A stretch of DNA of 64,000 nt from Thermoplasmata archaeon (GCA_022749815.1 JAKIWV010000003.1:158048-222047), one strand, 5' to 3'. Counted from the first letter of the stretch, positions 9,549-19,047 are shown. Numbers and translations are program-made. The notes: generated by a model not told the origin, from the letters alone.

Positions 9549-9775
9549 GCCGGTTTCTCTGGGTGACGACGCGCCCCCACCCCGAGGACGAGTCCCCCTA
9601 TCGGCGAGAAGAGGAGTCCGCCCTTCGGGGGGCTCGAGCCCGGGATCCCGGCCCCCAGGTGTCCCGTGACCCCCAAGTACGCGATCAACGCCCCGACAGC
9701 CACCGCGGTGATAATGGCCACGAGGAAGAAGAGCCACGGCAAGGGCGGAGGCTCGCTGTGCGCGGGAGGGCCCAT
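9545..9775 (-). CDS. small (76 aa) single-TM protein with glycine-zipper-like tail
   Basis: MGPPAHSEPPPLPWLFFLVAIITAVAVGALIAYLGVTGHLGAGIPG...; start taken at Met53 of a longer ORF. Confidence 0.35.
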   Translation of the reverse strand: MGPPAHSEPPPLPWLFFLVAIITAVAVGALIAYLGVTGHLGAGIPGSSPPKGGLLFSPIGGLVLGVGARRHPEKPA

Positions 9776-9915
9776 GGGTGAGCCGGTCATCCGGGCCGCC
9801 GTTTTTCCGCTCGACGTACGAGTTTTCGCGGCTCTGGGGGCAGCGAAGGCGAGCCGAAGAGGGACGGTCCGCGCCAGTCCACAAGCTTCAAACCCTGACG
9901 TCTTTCCCCACCTCC

Positions 9916-10659
9916 GTGGCCACCCAGGCATTCCAGCGGTATTTCGCCGAGTTCCTGGGAACTTTCGGACTGCTCCTGATCGGAGTGGGCACCGCCGAGC
10001 TGACCCTGAACGGCTTCGCGTTCAGTGAACGATACCTCGCGATATCGTTCGCTTTCGGCATCGTCGTGATGGCCGGTGCGTTCGCCTTCGGCGAGCTCTC
10101 CGGAGCCCACTTCAACCCGGCGGTCACGCTCTCGATGGCCGTTGCAGGCAAGATGCCGAAGGCCGACATTCTTCCTTACCTGATCGCCCAGCTCTTGGGG
10201 GCACTGCTCGGAGTGGAACTGGTCCTCGCGATCGCCCAAGGCACCTCCGGCGGGCTCCTCGCGGCGGTCCAGTCCAACGCATTGACGTCGCAAGGCTACG
10301 CGGGCAACGGGGCGCCGGCGGGTTTCGCAACCTCCCTGGGATCGGTCTTTCTCCTCGAGGTGGTGCTGACCTTTTTCTTCGTCCTCGTGATCCATCGCGT
10401 GACCCGCGACGGGAATCCGGCGAGAGCCCTCGCCCCGATCGCGATCGGCTTCACGCTGTTCCTGACGCAGCTCGTGGCGATTCCGATCGACAATGCGTCG
10501 ATCAATCCGTACCGCAGCCTGGCGCCGGCGTTGGTCGCCCAGGTGTGGCCCTCCGCGCACTGGGCGATCCTCGAAGTCTGGCTTTTCATCGTGGCGCCCA
10601 TCGTCGGGGGCCTCTTGGCGGCCGGCGTCGACTATATCCTGACGCCGCCCAAGAACTGA
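9916..10659 (+). CDS. aquaporin / MIP-family channel
   Basis: SGAHFNPAVT first NPA box; second box reads SINPYRSLAPA (NPY rather than NPA); about 248 aa from an in-frame GTG (the ORF is open back to 9778). Confidence 0.8.
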   Translation: MATQAFQRYFAEFLGTFGLLLIGVGTAELTLNGFAFSERYLAISFAFGIVVMAGAFAFGELSGAHFNPAVTLSMAVAGKMPKADILPYLIAQLLGALLGVELVLAIAQGTSGGLLAAVQSNALTSQGYAGNGAPAGFATSLGSVFLLEVVLTFFFVLVIHRVTRDGNPARALAPIAIGFTLFLTQLVAIPIDNASINPYRSLAPALVAQVWPSAHWAILEVWLFIVAPIVGGLLAAGVDYILTPPKN

Positions 10660-10702
10660 ACCGGGCCGTTCCGCCGCCCGGGAGGGAACCCGGCCTCTCG
10701 AA

Positions 10703-11581
10703 TCACGACTTCGTGATGGCGCCGGGAACCGATGCGTGGGCGGACCCCTCGTGCGCACCCTTCGAGTGCGCCGCCTTCTCCTCGGCACTCCCCGTCGTTG
10801 GGGCGGGAGTGGCTTCCTCGGTCTTTTCCGCGGCCGCCTTGGCCTCCTTTGGCGTCGGCGTCACGTACTCCTCGAGAAAGCGGATCGATTTGGGGTGCAG
10901 GTGGCTTCGGAGGCGCTCGATGAGTCGGGACTTGGCCGCTGCGTGCCAGGCGAGGTCGAACTTGGCCCGGTCGGGTAGCGTGACCGAGAGCACCTTTTCG
11001 TGCATCTCGATGGTGAAATCCTTTCCCCGACCATAGGTGAGATCGACCAGGGCATGCGCCTTCGCGACCGGGTCTGTGATCGCTTCCACGACCTTGAACT
11101 TGGCGTGGATCTTTCGCCCCGCGAAGGGCGGGTTGAAGTCGACACGGACCCGGGCCGCCGTGTATCGCACCACACGTCCGCGCCGGCCTTGAATCGTCAG
11201 AGCCGTCCCGATCTCGAGCTCGGCATCCTCGCGACGCATCTCGGGGAGCCGCTCGATCTCGTGCATCGAGAAGAGCTCGATCAACTTCGGGTCCCGCTCG
11301 CCGAATGCCTCCGCCGGCGCGAGCTCCTTCTCGATCTCGTGGCCCACTGGGGCCCCGGCGATCGCGGCCTCGAGGGCGGCCGGGAAGTCGTCGCCGCCCA
11401 CGATGTGGGGACGAGGTCCGAACTCGTAGCCCGAGGGCAGGCTGAAGTCCTCCTTCTGCGCAACCTCGGCGCGGGACGTGTCGATGAGCTCGTTCTTGCC
11501 GCCCGACTCCGTCCACAACTCGTAGTCGAGGAGGACAATATCCCCGCTCTTGGAATGGCCGGCCCCGGCGTGCTCCGACAT
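10703..11581 (-). CDS. FKBP-type peptidyl-prolyl cis-trans isomerase (archaeal long FKBP with IF insert)
   Basis: GDIVLLDYELWTE...ELIDTS FKBP core, insert-in-flap region and a Lys/Ala/Glu-rich tail; 292 aa from the internal ATG. Confidence 0.75.
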   Translation of the reverse strand: MSEHAGAGHSKSGDIVLLDYELWTESGGKNELIDTSRAEVAQKEDFSLPSGYEFGPRPHIVGGDDFPAALEAAIAGAPVGHEIEKELAPAEAFGERDPKLIELFSMHEIERLPEMRREDAELEIGTALTIQGRRGRVVRYTAARVRVDFNPPFAGRKIHAKFKVVEAITDPVAKAHALVDLTYGRGKDFTIEMHEKVLSVTLPDRAKFDLAWHAAAKSRLIERLRSHLHPKSIRFLEEYVTPTPKEAKAAAEKTEEATPAPTTGSAEEKAAHSKGAHEGSAHASVPGAITKS

Positions 11582-11613
11582 CGGGGGCGCGCAGTCGGGA
11601 TGGGGTTTAAAGT

Positions 11614-12648
11614 TTACCGCCGGCGATGCGCCGGTCCGGGGCGGCCCGGCCAGAGCGCGCCCTCGAACGCGCCGAGAAGGGTGGCCCACCGCCGCCAGAT
11701 TTCGACCGCCCGGTAACGATACCCCGGGTACCTCGCGTCCTCTTGCCGGCCCTGCAGGGTCAAACCAAGTGCGAGTACCCCCAGCCCCCCGAAGCCGACG
11801 AGCGCAAGAATCGCGGCGGCAAGACGAAGGACCGGAAACGGGAGAAGCACGAGCCCGAGCGCTCCCAGCAACGGTAGCACCACGTAAGGAAGCACCCGCC
11901 TCACCGACGCTTCGTACGTGGAGCCCGTTCGCCGCCAGAGCAAGTAGCCCCCCCGGGCGTATCGTCGTTGTTTTCGGAAGAGACTCCACCAACCGATGTC
12001 GGAGAAATCGTGAAGGACCGGGGCCGTGGGGACGTAGAGTCCCCGCCATCCCGTCCGGAGGGCCCGGAGCGCCATCTCTTGGTCCTCGTTTCCGAACCCC
12101 GAGAGGGAGAGGTCGAGGAGCCCTAGTTCGCGAAAGATCCGTCCCCGCCACGCGGAGTTACCCATCGGCAGGGCGTGGGGCCGTTGCGCGGCCACTTGAT
12201 CGTAGAACCTGCGAAGATAGGCGTCATAGTAACGGGCCACGACATTCCCCGCCGTACCCTGCAATGCCGGTGTGGGACCTCCGACGAAGCCCACCCCCGG
12301 GTCGTCGAACGAGCTCGTCAGACTCTGAAGCCAATCCGCCGGGGCGACCTCGTCGGTGTCCAGGAAGGCGATGAACTCCGAGCGGGCCACGCCCAGCGCA
12401 ACGTTCCGGGACTCGGCGATCGTCCCGGGCGCCGCGATATGTCGCACCGTGGGGGACCGGGCGGCGAAGCGCTCGGAGATCGTGCGGATGACCGGCGAAT
12501 TGCCCCCGTCAGCAATGACGATCTCCTGGGGTGTGACAGTCTGCACGAGCAGGCACTCGAGAGTTCTTTCCAGCCGAGGGTCGTCCCGGACCGTCACAAT
12601 CACCGTCACGGTGCCGGAGCCTGGGGGATCCAGGGGGGAATCGGTCAT
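11614..12648 (-). CDS. family 2 glycosyltransferase (GT-A) with C-terminal membrane anchor
   Basis: VTVIVTVRD...DGGNSP...FLDTDE (DXD) followed by two C-terminal TM helices. Confidence 0.75.
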   Translation of the reverse strand: MTDSPLDPPGSGTVTVIVTVRDDPRLERTLECLLVQTVTPQEIVIADGGNSPVIRTISERFAARSPTVRHIAAPGTIAESRNVALGVARSEFIAFLDTDEVAPADWLQSLTSSFDDPGVGFVGGPTPALQGTAGNVVARYYDAYLRRFYDQVAAQRPHALPMGNSAWRGRIFRELGLLDLSLSGFGNEDQEMALRALRTGWRGLYVPTAPVLHDFSDIGWWSLFRKQRRYARGGYLLWRRTGSTYEASVRRVLPYVVLPLLGALGLVLLPFPVLRLAAAILALVGFGGLGVLALGLTLQGRQEDARYPGYRYRAVEIWRRWATLLGAFEGALWPGRPGPAHRRR

Positions 12649-12654
12649 GGGCGG

Positions 12655-13623
12655 TCAGAGACCGAGTTCGGACCGGCCGCTCGCGATCGCCTTATCGACG
12701 GTCGTGGAAGAGTCGAACCGCGGACGCCAACCGAGCGCCCGGATCTTTTCGACGGACAGGAGCTGCTGGGGAATGTCGCCGACCCACCCTCGCGCGCCAC
12801 CGGTGTACTCGATTCGTGCCGTACCCCCAAACGCGCGGACCACTCGTTCGGCGATATCGCGGACCGGAACCTGCTGTTCGGTCCCCAAGTTGAAGACGTT
12901 CACAGGATCCGTCGAACGCTCCTCCGCTAGCAGCATCGCATCGACGCAATCGTCGACCCAGAGGTAGCTCTTCGCCTGTCGCCCATCTCCCAGGACCTCG
13001 AGCCGGGTGGGATCTCGTTGGAGCTTCCGAAGGAAATCGTAGATGACGCCGTGACTCATCCCCGGCCCCACGATGTTGGCGAAGCGGAAGATCCATCCCT
13101 TCATTCCGTACGAGTGACAGTACGCGCTGATCATGGCCTCCGAGGCCAGCTTGGAGCCGCCGTATTGGGACTCCGGGAGTAGCGGGCCGTACGATTCCGG
13201 TGTCGGAAAGACCGTCGGCATTCCGTACACCACACTCGACGATGAGAACAGGATCCGCGGGACGTGGGCCTGTCGCGCGGCCTCGAGCACATGGGCCGTA
13301 GCGAGGGTGCCGTGCTCCAGGTCGAGCCGGGGGTCCTCGAGGCCTTTCGGGATGTTCGGGTTCGCCGCGAAATGCCAGACAGAAGCAGCGCCGCGCAGTA
13401 TCTCAGCCATTCCGGTAACGTTCCGGAGGTCGTGCTCGTGGAACCGGAGTCGTCCGGTCTCCTCGAGATCCTTGAGACGTTCTCGATGGCCGGAACTCAA
13501 GTTGTCGATGACGCGGACCGGGTGACCCGCCTCGGCCAGCCGGCGCGCCACGATCGCCCCGATGGCCCCGGCGCCGCCCGTGACGACCACCGGAGCCTGT
13601 TCGCTTCCGTTCGACATCGCCAC
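12655..13623 (-). CDS. NAD-dependent epimerase/dehydratase (UDP-sugar 4-epimerase family, SDR)
   Basis: VVVTGGAGAIG Rossmann motif, YGGSK catalytic YxxxK; adjacent to the GT2 gene. Confidence 0.8.
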   Translation of the reverse strand: MAMSNGSEQAPVVVTGGAGAIGAIVARRLAEAGHPVRVIDNLSSGHRERLKDLEETGRLRFHEHDLRNVTGMAEILRGAASVWHFAANPNIPKGLEDPRLDLEHGTLATAHVLEAARQAHVPRILFSSSSVVYGMPTVFPTPESYGPLLPESQYGGSKLASEAMISAYCHSYGMKGWIFRFANIVGPGMSHGVIYDFLRKLQRDPTRLEVLGDGRQAKSYLWVDDCVDAMLLAEERSTDPVNVFNLGTEQQVPVRDIAERVVRAFGGTARIEYTGGARGWVGDIPQQLLSVEKIRALGWRPRFDSSTTVDKAIASGRSELGL

Positions 13624-13648
13624 GCCTTCTCCAAACGGGAGGGAATCC

Positions 13649-13655
13649 TATATAT
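13649..13655 (-). promoter_or_regulatory. TATA box (CTATATATC) serving the epimerase-GT2 operon (near-leaderless), possibly also the divergent small gene
   Basis: Sits 26-32 nt upstream of the epimerase start codons (GTG 13623 / ATG 13617). Confidence 0.45.
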
Positions 13656-13708
13656 CAGAACAGCCGCCTAGCTCGCTCGTTCAGCGTTTTCTATCGAGGA
13701 TTCCGTCA

Positions 13709-13933
13709 ATGCGAACTTACGTGCGCATGATTTTCCAGTCGGAGGGCGCGAGCCCCCGGGAGGTTCTACGCGCGATGCGGGATCTGAAGTTTGAAGAGTC
13801 AATGGGCATTCACGACTTCGTCTACAAGTGGACGAAGCAGCCCGGCATCGACGACGTCCTCGAGCTGGTCACCACCATGCACGCTCGACTGAAGGGCATG
13901 GGCGTGAATTATGAGGTCACGACCATTGCCTAA
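13709..13933 (+). CDS. hypothetical small protein (74 aa), likely alpha/beta ferredoxin-like fold
   Basis: MRTYVRMIFQSEGASPREVLRAMRDLKFEESMGIHDFVYKW...; balanced, protein-like composition; GAGGA lies 10 nt upstream. Confidence 0.4.
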   Translation: MRTYVRMIFQSEGASPREVLRAMRDLKFEESMGIHDFVYKWTKQPGIDDVLELVTTMHARLKGMGVNYEVTTIA

Positions 13934-13957
13934 CACCCCGGAAACAGAGCGGACCCA

Positions 13958-14440
13958 ATGGGGGAGGAACTGGACAGTCTCGAGCAATCCCTACTCCGCC
14001 ACCTGTTGACGTATCGTGGCCACCAGGTGCGCTTCGAAGCGGATGCCCACACGACGGAGTTCGGGATCTACCGCTCCTTCACCGACCTCGAATCCGGTGT
14101 GCTGAAGGGTGCCCTGCGACAGCTCGAGGCCGGGCGGTGGGTCTACCGCCGCGTGCAGTACGTCATCGGATTCAGCGAGCCGAAGTTGGTCTACTCGCTC
14201 ACCCCGCACGGATATCGGAAAGCGCTCGACCTGTTCGGACCGTCGGCCCCGACTCCGTCCCCCGCGACACCGGCGGCGGTCGCCGGTCCAACGAACGGAC
14301 CCGCGCCCGTCGATCCCGTTCCCGTGACCCCCGCCTCCGTGGCCGCCGCCGCTGACGACTCGCCTCCGAACCCATCCGCCGCGCGGAAGAGCCCCGGCAA
14401 GCGGCACGACCGCCCCCCGACTCCCGCGAAGCAGGAATGA
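13958..14440 (+). CDS. winged-helix (PadR/MarR-like) DNA-binding protein with Pro/Ala-rich tail
   Basis: N-terminal ~100 aa carries helix-turn-helix plus wing (KLVYSLTPHGYRKALDLF); ATGA-coupled to the downstream GNAT gene. Confidence 0.45.
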   Translation: MGEELDSLEQSLLRHLLTYRGHQVRFEADAHTTEFGIYRSFTDLESGVLKGALRQLEAGRWVYRRVQYVIGFSEPKLVYSLTPHGYRKALDLFGPSAPTPSPATPAAVAGPTNGPAPVDPVPVTPASVAAAADDSPPNPSAARKSPGKRHDRPPTPAKQE

Positions 14441-15006
14441 GCGCGGGGACCGGGTCCACGGTCCTTGAAGGGCCCCGGGTCCTCCTGCGCCCCCCCCGGC
14501 CGGATGACACAAAACAGACTTTCGCTTGGTATAACGATCCGGAGATCGTCGCGCCGTACGACCGGTTCAGCGTCGACAGCTTCGAGGAGTTTGAGCGGTC
14601 GATCCGGGACGCGCCGGACGATCCGACCTCCCTGGCTCCTCGGTTCGTGGTATGCCTCCGGGAGGGAGACACCCCCATTGGGTTCGTCGGACACTACGTC
14701 CCACACCCGGTTCTCGAGACCATCGATGTGTGGTACGTTATCGGAGCGCCCTCGGCGCGTCAGAAGGGATACGCCACGGAGTCCGTGGGGCTCCTGGTGG
14801 CCCATCTCTTCGACACGTCCCCCCTTCCCCGGGTCGGCGCGACGTGCGATGTCGAAAACCAACCCTCCGTCCGGTTGCTCGAGCGGCTCGGGTTCCGCCG
14901 CGAGGGCGTTCTGCGCTCCGCCCTGTTCCACCACGCTCGGTGGCACGACATCGCCGTCTACGGGATCATCCGGAGCGAGTGGGCCGCATCGCGTCCACCA
15001 ACCTGA
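14437..15006 (+). CDS. GNAT family N-acetyltransferase (RimJ/RimL-like)
   Basis: IGFVGHY...ESVGLLVAHLFD...RLLERLGFRREGVLR acetyl-CoA binding core. Confidence 0.75.
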   Translation: MSAGTGSTVLEGPRVLLRPPRPDDTKQTFAWYNDPEIVAPYDRFSVDSFEEFERSIRDAPDDPTSLAPRFVVCLREGDTPIGFVGHYVPHPVLETIDVWYVIGAPSARQKGYATESVGLLVAHLFDTSPLPRVGATCDVENQPSVRLLERLGFRREGVLRSALFHHARWHDIAVYGIIRSEWAASRPPT

Positions 15007-15733
15007 ACGGCATCCGCACGGCCCCGAGTGCAATGGGCACCGCCGGGTCCAAGGACAAATCCCCCACCTCGAGGGTGGACCGGACGTGCGTGCCGCCGCA
15101 CGGACAGGCATCGAGCCCCGCGATCTCGATGATCCGCACCGGATCCACCTGGCGGGGGAGCGAAACCAGTCCGGACCGAGGAGAGGGATTCTTCTCCCAA
15201 GCTTCGCGGCTCACATGATGGATCGATACGCGGCGCCCCTCCCGAAGGATCGAGTTCGCCTCGGACGCGAGTGCCTCGGGCCGGGTGCCGGGTGGAATCG
15301 GTCGCTCGAGGTCGATCGTTCCCCCCGCGCCCGACATTGTCGCCTCCTGCGTTCGGATGCCCGTGCGCTGGAAAATGAGGGCGCTCAACAGATGCTGACC
15401 GGTATGCAGTCGCATGTGGCGATAGCGACGATCCCAATCGATCATCCCTTCAACCTCGTCCCCCGCCTTCCAGGGAAAGGGCGCACTGGTGGGCCGACGC
15501 ACTCGGTGAACGGCCGACGTTCCGGACTTGGTCACGTCCACCACCGGATACGGAACTCCGTTGCGCAGGGCGAGGCTCCCGTGGTCGGCCGGCTGCCCTC
15601 CGCCCACGGGATAGAAGAACGTGCGGTCGAGCACGACACCGCCCGGCGGCAGCGCGACCACCCGTGCCGAGAACTGGCGCGTGTACCCTGCCGGCTCATC
15701 GGCCAGGTACGCGAGCTCGGTCACGGCGTCCAC
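14966..15733 (-). CDS. alaX: AlaX-M type alanyl-tRNA editing protein (misacylated tRNA(Ala) deacylase)
   Basis: HTGQHLLSA (HxxxH) and CPCGGTHV zinc motifs of the AlaRS editing domain. Confidence 0.75.
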   Translation of the reverse strand: MDAVTELAYLADEPAGYTRQFSARVVALPPGGVVLDRTFFYPVGGGQPADHGSLALRNGVPYPVVDVTKSGTSAVHRVRRPTSAPFPWKAGDEVEGMIDWDRRYRHMRLHTGQHLLSALIFQRTGIRTQEATMSGAGGTIDLERPIPPGTRPEALASEANSILREGRRVSIHHVSREAWEKNPSPRSGLVSLPRQVDPVRIIEIAGLDACPCGGTHVRSTLEVGDLSLDPAVPIALGAVRMPFRLVDAMRPTRSG

Positions 15734-15864
15734 GAGCTAGTCGGCGAGAGGCAAGAGAGTTCCGCTCGGCACGGAAGCGCCGTCCCCGTTTCTCCGCCGG
15801 TAGCTTCCCTCGCCCGGAACATCTTATTAAGAGGGCCCGTTCTTCGGCGCGCGCAGGGTTTCCG

Positions 15865-16602
15865 ATGTTCAAAGCGAAGGTCAAGATGGAGGTTCTCCGG
15901 GAGCTCGTCGAGGTTATCTCGACGCTGGTCTCCGAGGTCAAGCTGAGCGTCTCAAAGGACGGCATCGATGTGAAGGCCGTCGACCCTTCCCACGTCGCCA
16001 TGCTCGTGCTGAAGCTCAACCGAAGCGCCTTCGAGGAGTTCACCGGGGAGACGACGGATATCGGTCTCGACATCGAGAAGGTCAAGGAAGTGCTCCGACT
16101 CAGCAAGCCGGGGGATGTCCTGGATCTCCAGTACGACGGGGGGAAGAGCAAGCTCGTCGTCAGCGTCGGAAAGCTGACCCGGCACATGGGCGTCGTCGAT
16201 CCCGCGGGAATCACCGACCCCAAGGTGCCCAACGTGAGTCCCCCGGGCACCGTCAAGGTGAACACCGAGGAACTTCGCCAGGGCATCCGGGGGAGCGAGA
16301 GTGTCTCCGACCACGTGACCCTTGAGCTGACACCGGACCACTTTACCATGCATTCGGAAGGCGAGACCGACCGGGTCGACCTCAAGATCCCCAAGGACGC
16401 CCTCTCCGAGCTGTCCACGAAGGAGTCGGTGAAAAGCATGTACCCGCTCGATTTCTTCTCGAACATGATCAAGTCGATCAGCAACGACGAGGTCGTCACC
16501 CTCCACATCGGCAACGAATATCCGCTCAAGGTCGAGTTCAAGATCGCCGGTGGGAAGGGCGAGGGATCTTTCCTCCTCGCCCCGCGGGTCGAAGAGGACT
16601 GA
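15865..16602 (+). CDS. pcn: DNA polymerase sliding clamp PCNA
   Basis: MFKAKV... 245 aa with PCNA domain organisation. Confidence 0.85.
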   Translation: MFKAKVKMEVLRELVEVISTLVSEVKLSVSKDGIDVKAVDPSHVAMLVLKLNRSAFEEFTGETTDIGLDIEKVKEVLRLSKPGDVLDLQYDGGKSKLVVSVGKLTRHMGVVDPAGITDPKVPNVSPPGTVKVNTEELRQGIRGSESVSDHVTLELTPDHFTMHSEGETDRVDLKIPKDALSELSTKESVKSMYPLDFFSNMIKSISNDEVVTLHIGNEYPLKVEFKIAGGKGEGSFLLAPRVEED

Positions 16603-16604
16603 TC

Positions 16605-17840
16605 GTGACCTCCGGCGCGGGGGCCGCGACGGGGGCCCGCCCGCCGACCACTCCTCGCATCGGTATCGTCAGCGCGGTTCGGACGCCGATCGGCAAGTTC
16701 GGGGGCAACCTCCGGCAAACGCCGGCCACCGTGCTTGGCACTCTCACCGTGATGGCAGCCCTCGCCCGGGCCCACCTGTCACCGGAGGACGTCCCGGAGT
16801 TGGTCTTCGGCCACTGCATCCAGGCCGGTACGGGCCAGAATCCCGCTCGACAGGTCCTGTTGGGGGCGGGGATCCCTCCCACCTCCGGCGCAGTCACGAT
16901 CAACAAGGTCTGCGGCTCCGGTCTGAAGGCGATCACCCTCGCCGCCGCCGAGATCCGGGCGGGCGATTTCGACCTGGTCGTCGCGGGAGGTATGGAGAGC
17001 ATGGATTCCGCACCGTTCCTCGTCCCCGGCCAGATCCGGGAAGGGCACCGGTACGGGACCCTCTCCGCCGACGATGCCGTCCTTCGAGACTCGCTCCTCG
17101 ATGCGTACGGCGACCACGACCACATGGGCATCACGGGCGAGCGAGTCGCGCAACACTTTCATCTAACGCGGGCCGAGGTCGACGCGTTCTCGGCGCGCAG
17201 TCATCAAAGGGCGGCGGACGCAACGAAGTCCGGCCGGTTCACGAACGAGCTCGTGCCCGTCCCCGCCGACCAAACTCATACTGGGAAGGGACTCGAGACC
17301 GACGAGGGGATTCGAGCCGATTCGACGGTCGAGTCCCTCGCGAAGCTCATGCCGGCCTTTCGGCCGGACGGCATCCTCACGGCCGGAAACTCCTCCCAGC
17401 TCTCCGATGGGGCCGCCGCCCTCGTGCTGGCCGGGGAGCCGGCGATAACTCGCCACGGGTTCAAGCCGCTGGCCTGGATCCATTCGTACGCCGTGAGCGG
17501 TGTGCGGCCAGAGGATGTGATGGAGTCCCCCATCCCGACCGTGAAACTTCACCTCGCACGGACCGGCTTCTCGCCGCGGGACTTCGACCGGGTAGAGCAC
17601 AACGAGGCGTTCAGCTCCGCGTCGATCGCGGTGCAGCGCACTTTTGGGTTCACCGAGGACCAGTTCAACGCGAACGGCGGCGCCGTCGCACTGGGTCATC
17701 CCATCGGGGCCAGCGGAGCGCGGATCGTCGTCACGTTGCTCTATGGTCTGCTGGCGAGCGGGGGGCAGTTGGGTCTGGCCACGCTCTGCATGGGCGGGGG
17801 CAACGGGTTGAGCATCATCCTCGACCGGCGGGGCCTATGA
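16605..17840 (+). CDS. acetyl-CoA C-acetyltransferase (thiolase II, bacterial-type)
   Basis: NKVCGSGLKA active-site Cys region and C-terminal GGGNGLSII. Confidence 0.85.
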   Translation: MTSGAGAATGARPPTTPRIGIVSAVRTPIGKFGGNLRQTPATVLGTLTVMAALARAHLSPEDVPELVFGHCIQAGTGQNPARQVLLGAGIPPTSGAVTINKVCGSGLKAITLAAAEIRAGDFDLVVAGGMESMDSAPFLVPGQIREGHRYGTLSADDAVLRDSLLDAYGDHDHMGITGERVAQHFHLTRAEVDAFSARSHQRAADATKSGRFTNELVPVPADQTHTGKGLETDEGIRADSTVESLAKLMPAFRPDGILTAGNSSQLSDGAAALVLAGEPAITRHGFKPLAWIHSYAVSGVRPEDVMESPIPTVKLHLARTGFSPRDFDRVEHNEAFSSASIAVQRTFGFTEDQFNANGGAVALGHPIGASGARIVVTLLYGLLASGGQLGLATLCMGGGNGLSIILDRRGL

Positions 17841-19047
17841 GCGACACGCCCACGAGCCGCTCCAACCGCCGATAGAGTGCCCGAACGGTCGGGCCGGCGC
17901 CTCGCTCGAACCCTGGGGTCTGCGCTCGTCCGATGCGGTCCGACCACTCGCGAAGCTCCTCGATGACGCCGTCGATACCGAATCCGTCCTCGAAGCGACG
18001 GACCACGCGGTGGAAAAGCCTCTCCAGGTCCCTCCCGTGGAGCGAGCCGCCCTGCCCGACGGCGAGGGTCCTCCGCACGCGCCGGCGGAGTTCGTCGAAC
18101 TCCCCCTTCGCGCGGGCCGCCGCCGTCTCCTCCCATTCGAGCCGAGCATTGTAGCGCGGAGAGAGCAGGTACCAACGGAGCGCCGAGGCCCCGTACCGGT
18201 CGAGCGCGTCGGTCAGCGGCACGAGGTTGCCGACGGATTTGGACATCTTGCGGCCGCCCTGAGTCACGAACCCGGTGTGAAGGAACCGCCGGGCGAACGG
18301 CCGGTGGTCCAGGGTCAGCGCGACCGCGTTCTCGGCGAAATGATGGGGGAATACGAGGTCGGTTCCTCCTCCATGAAGGTCGACGGGAATGCCCAGGTAC
18401 CGTCGGGCCATCGCGTAACACTCGAGGGTCCACCCGGGAGCGCCCCGGCCCCACGGCCCGTTCCAACTGGCGGCGGGCGGAGTCTGGCGTCGCCACAGGA
18501 GAACGCGCCGCGCGCGGGGGTCCTCGCCCGGAGGAGGTCGTCCCGCCTCAAGCACGGCGTGTTCCGAGAGCGTCCGTCCCACCGGAAAGTTCCGGGCATC
18601 GGTGGACGGATCGGGGTCGAAGTAGAGTTCATCGTCGTCCCAGGAGCTCCGACCCGAGCGCGTCAGGAGCTCGGCATATCGAATCATCTCGCCCACGAAC
18701 TCGCTCGCCCGGGGCGTGGCGTCCGGGGGCAGCAGCCCCAAGCGACGAAAATCTCGCATGAATCGCCGCTCCTCCCGCCGGGCGAGCTCTCGCCACGTGA
18801 GCCCGAGGCCCGTGGCGCGTTGCGATAGCTTGTCCTCGAAGTCGGTGATGTTCATGACGTGATGAACAGCCTGGCCGCGGTCGCGGAAGTAGCGCCGCAG
18901 CAGGTCGAAGTAGAGGTACGTCCGCGCGTGCCCCACGTGGGCGCCGGCGTAGACGGTGGGGCCGCACACGTAGAGCGTCACGGGCCGGGAGCTGGACGGG
19001 ATCGCGCGACGCTTTCCCGTCAACGAGTCGCGGAACGCCAGCGTCAT
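17815..19047 (-). CDS. cysS: cysteinyl-tRNA synthetase
   Basis: CGPTVY...HVGHARTY (HIGH-like) and GRKMSKSVGN (KMSKS); 411 aa from the internal ATG. Confidence 0.85.
   Translation of the reverse strand: MTLAFRDSLTGKRRAIPSSSRPVTLYVCGPTVYAGAHVGHARTYLYFDLLRRYFRDRGQAVHHVMNITDFEDKLSQRATGLGLTWRELARREERRFMRDFRRLGLLPPDATPRASEFVGEMIRYAELLTRSGRSSWDDDELYFDPDPSTDARNFPVGRTLSEHAVLEAGRPPPGEDPRARRVLLWRRQTPPAASWNGPWGRGAPGWTLECYAMARRYLGIPVDLHGGGTDLVFPHHFAENAVALTLDHRPFARRFLHTGFVTQGGRKMSKSVGNLVPLTDALDRYGASALRWYLLSPRYNARLEWEETAAARAKGEFDELRRRVRRTLAVGQGGSLHGRDLERLFHRVVRRFEDGFGIDGVIEELREWSDRIGRAQTPGFERGAGPTVRALYRRLERLVGVSLIGPAGRG

Noticed and set aside
9778-9915. 46 extra N-terminal codons on the aquaporin ORF
   Set aside because: Residues are Arg/Ser/Gly junk and would make the protein longer than any archaeal MIP. 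A GTG at 9916 gives the canonical ~248-aa length.
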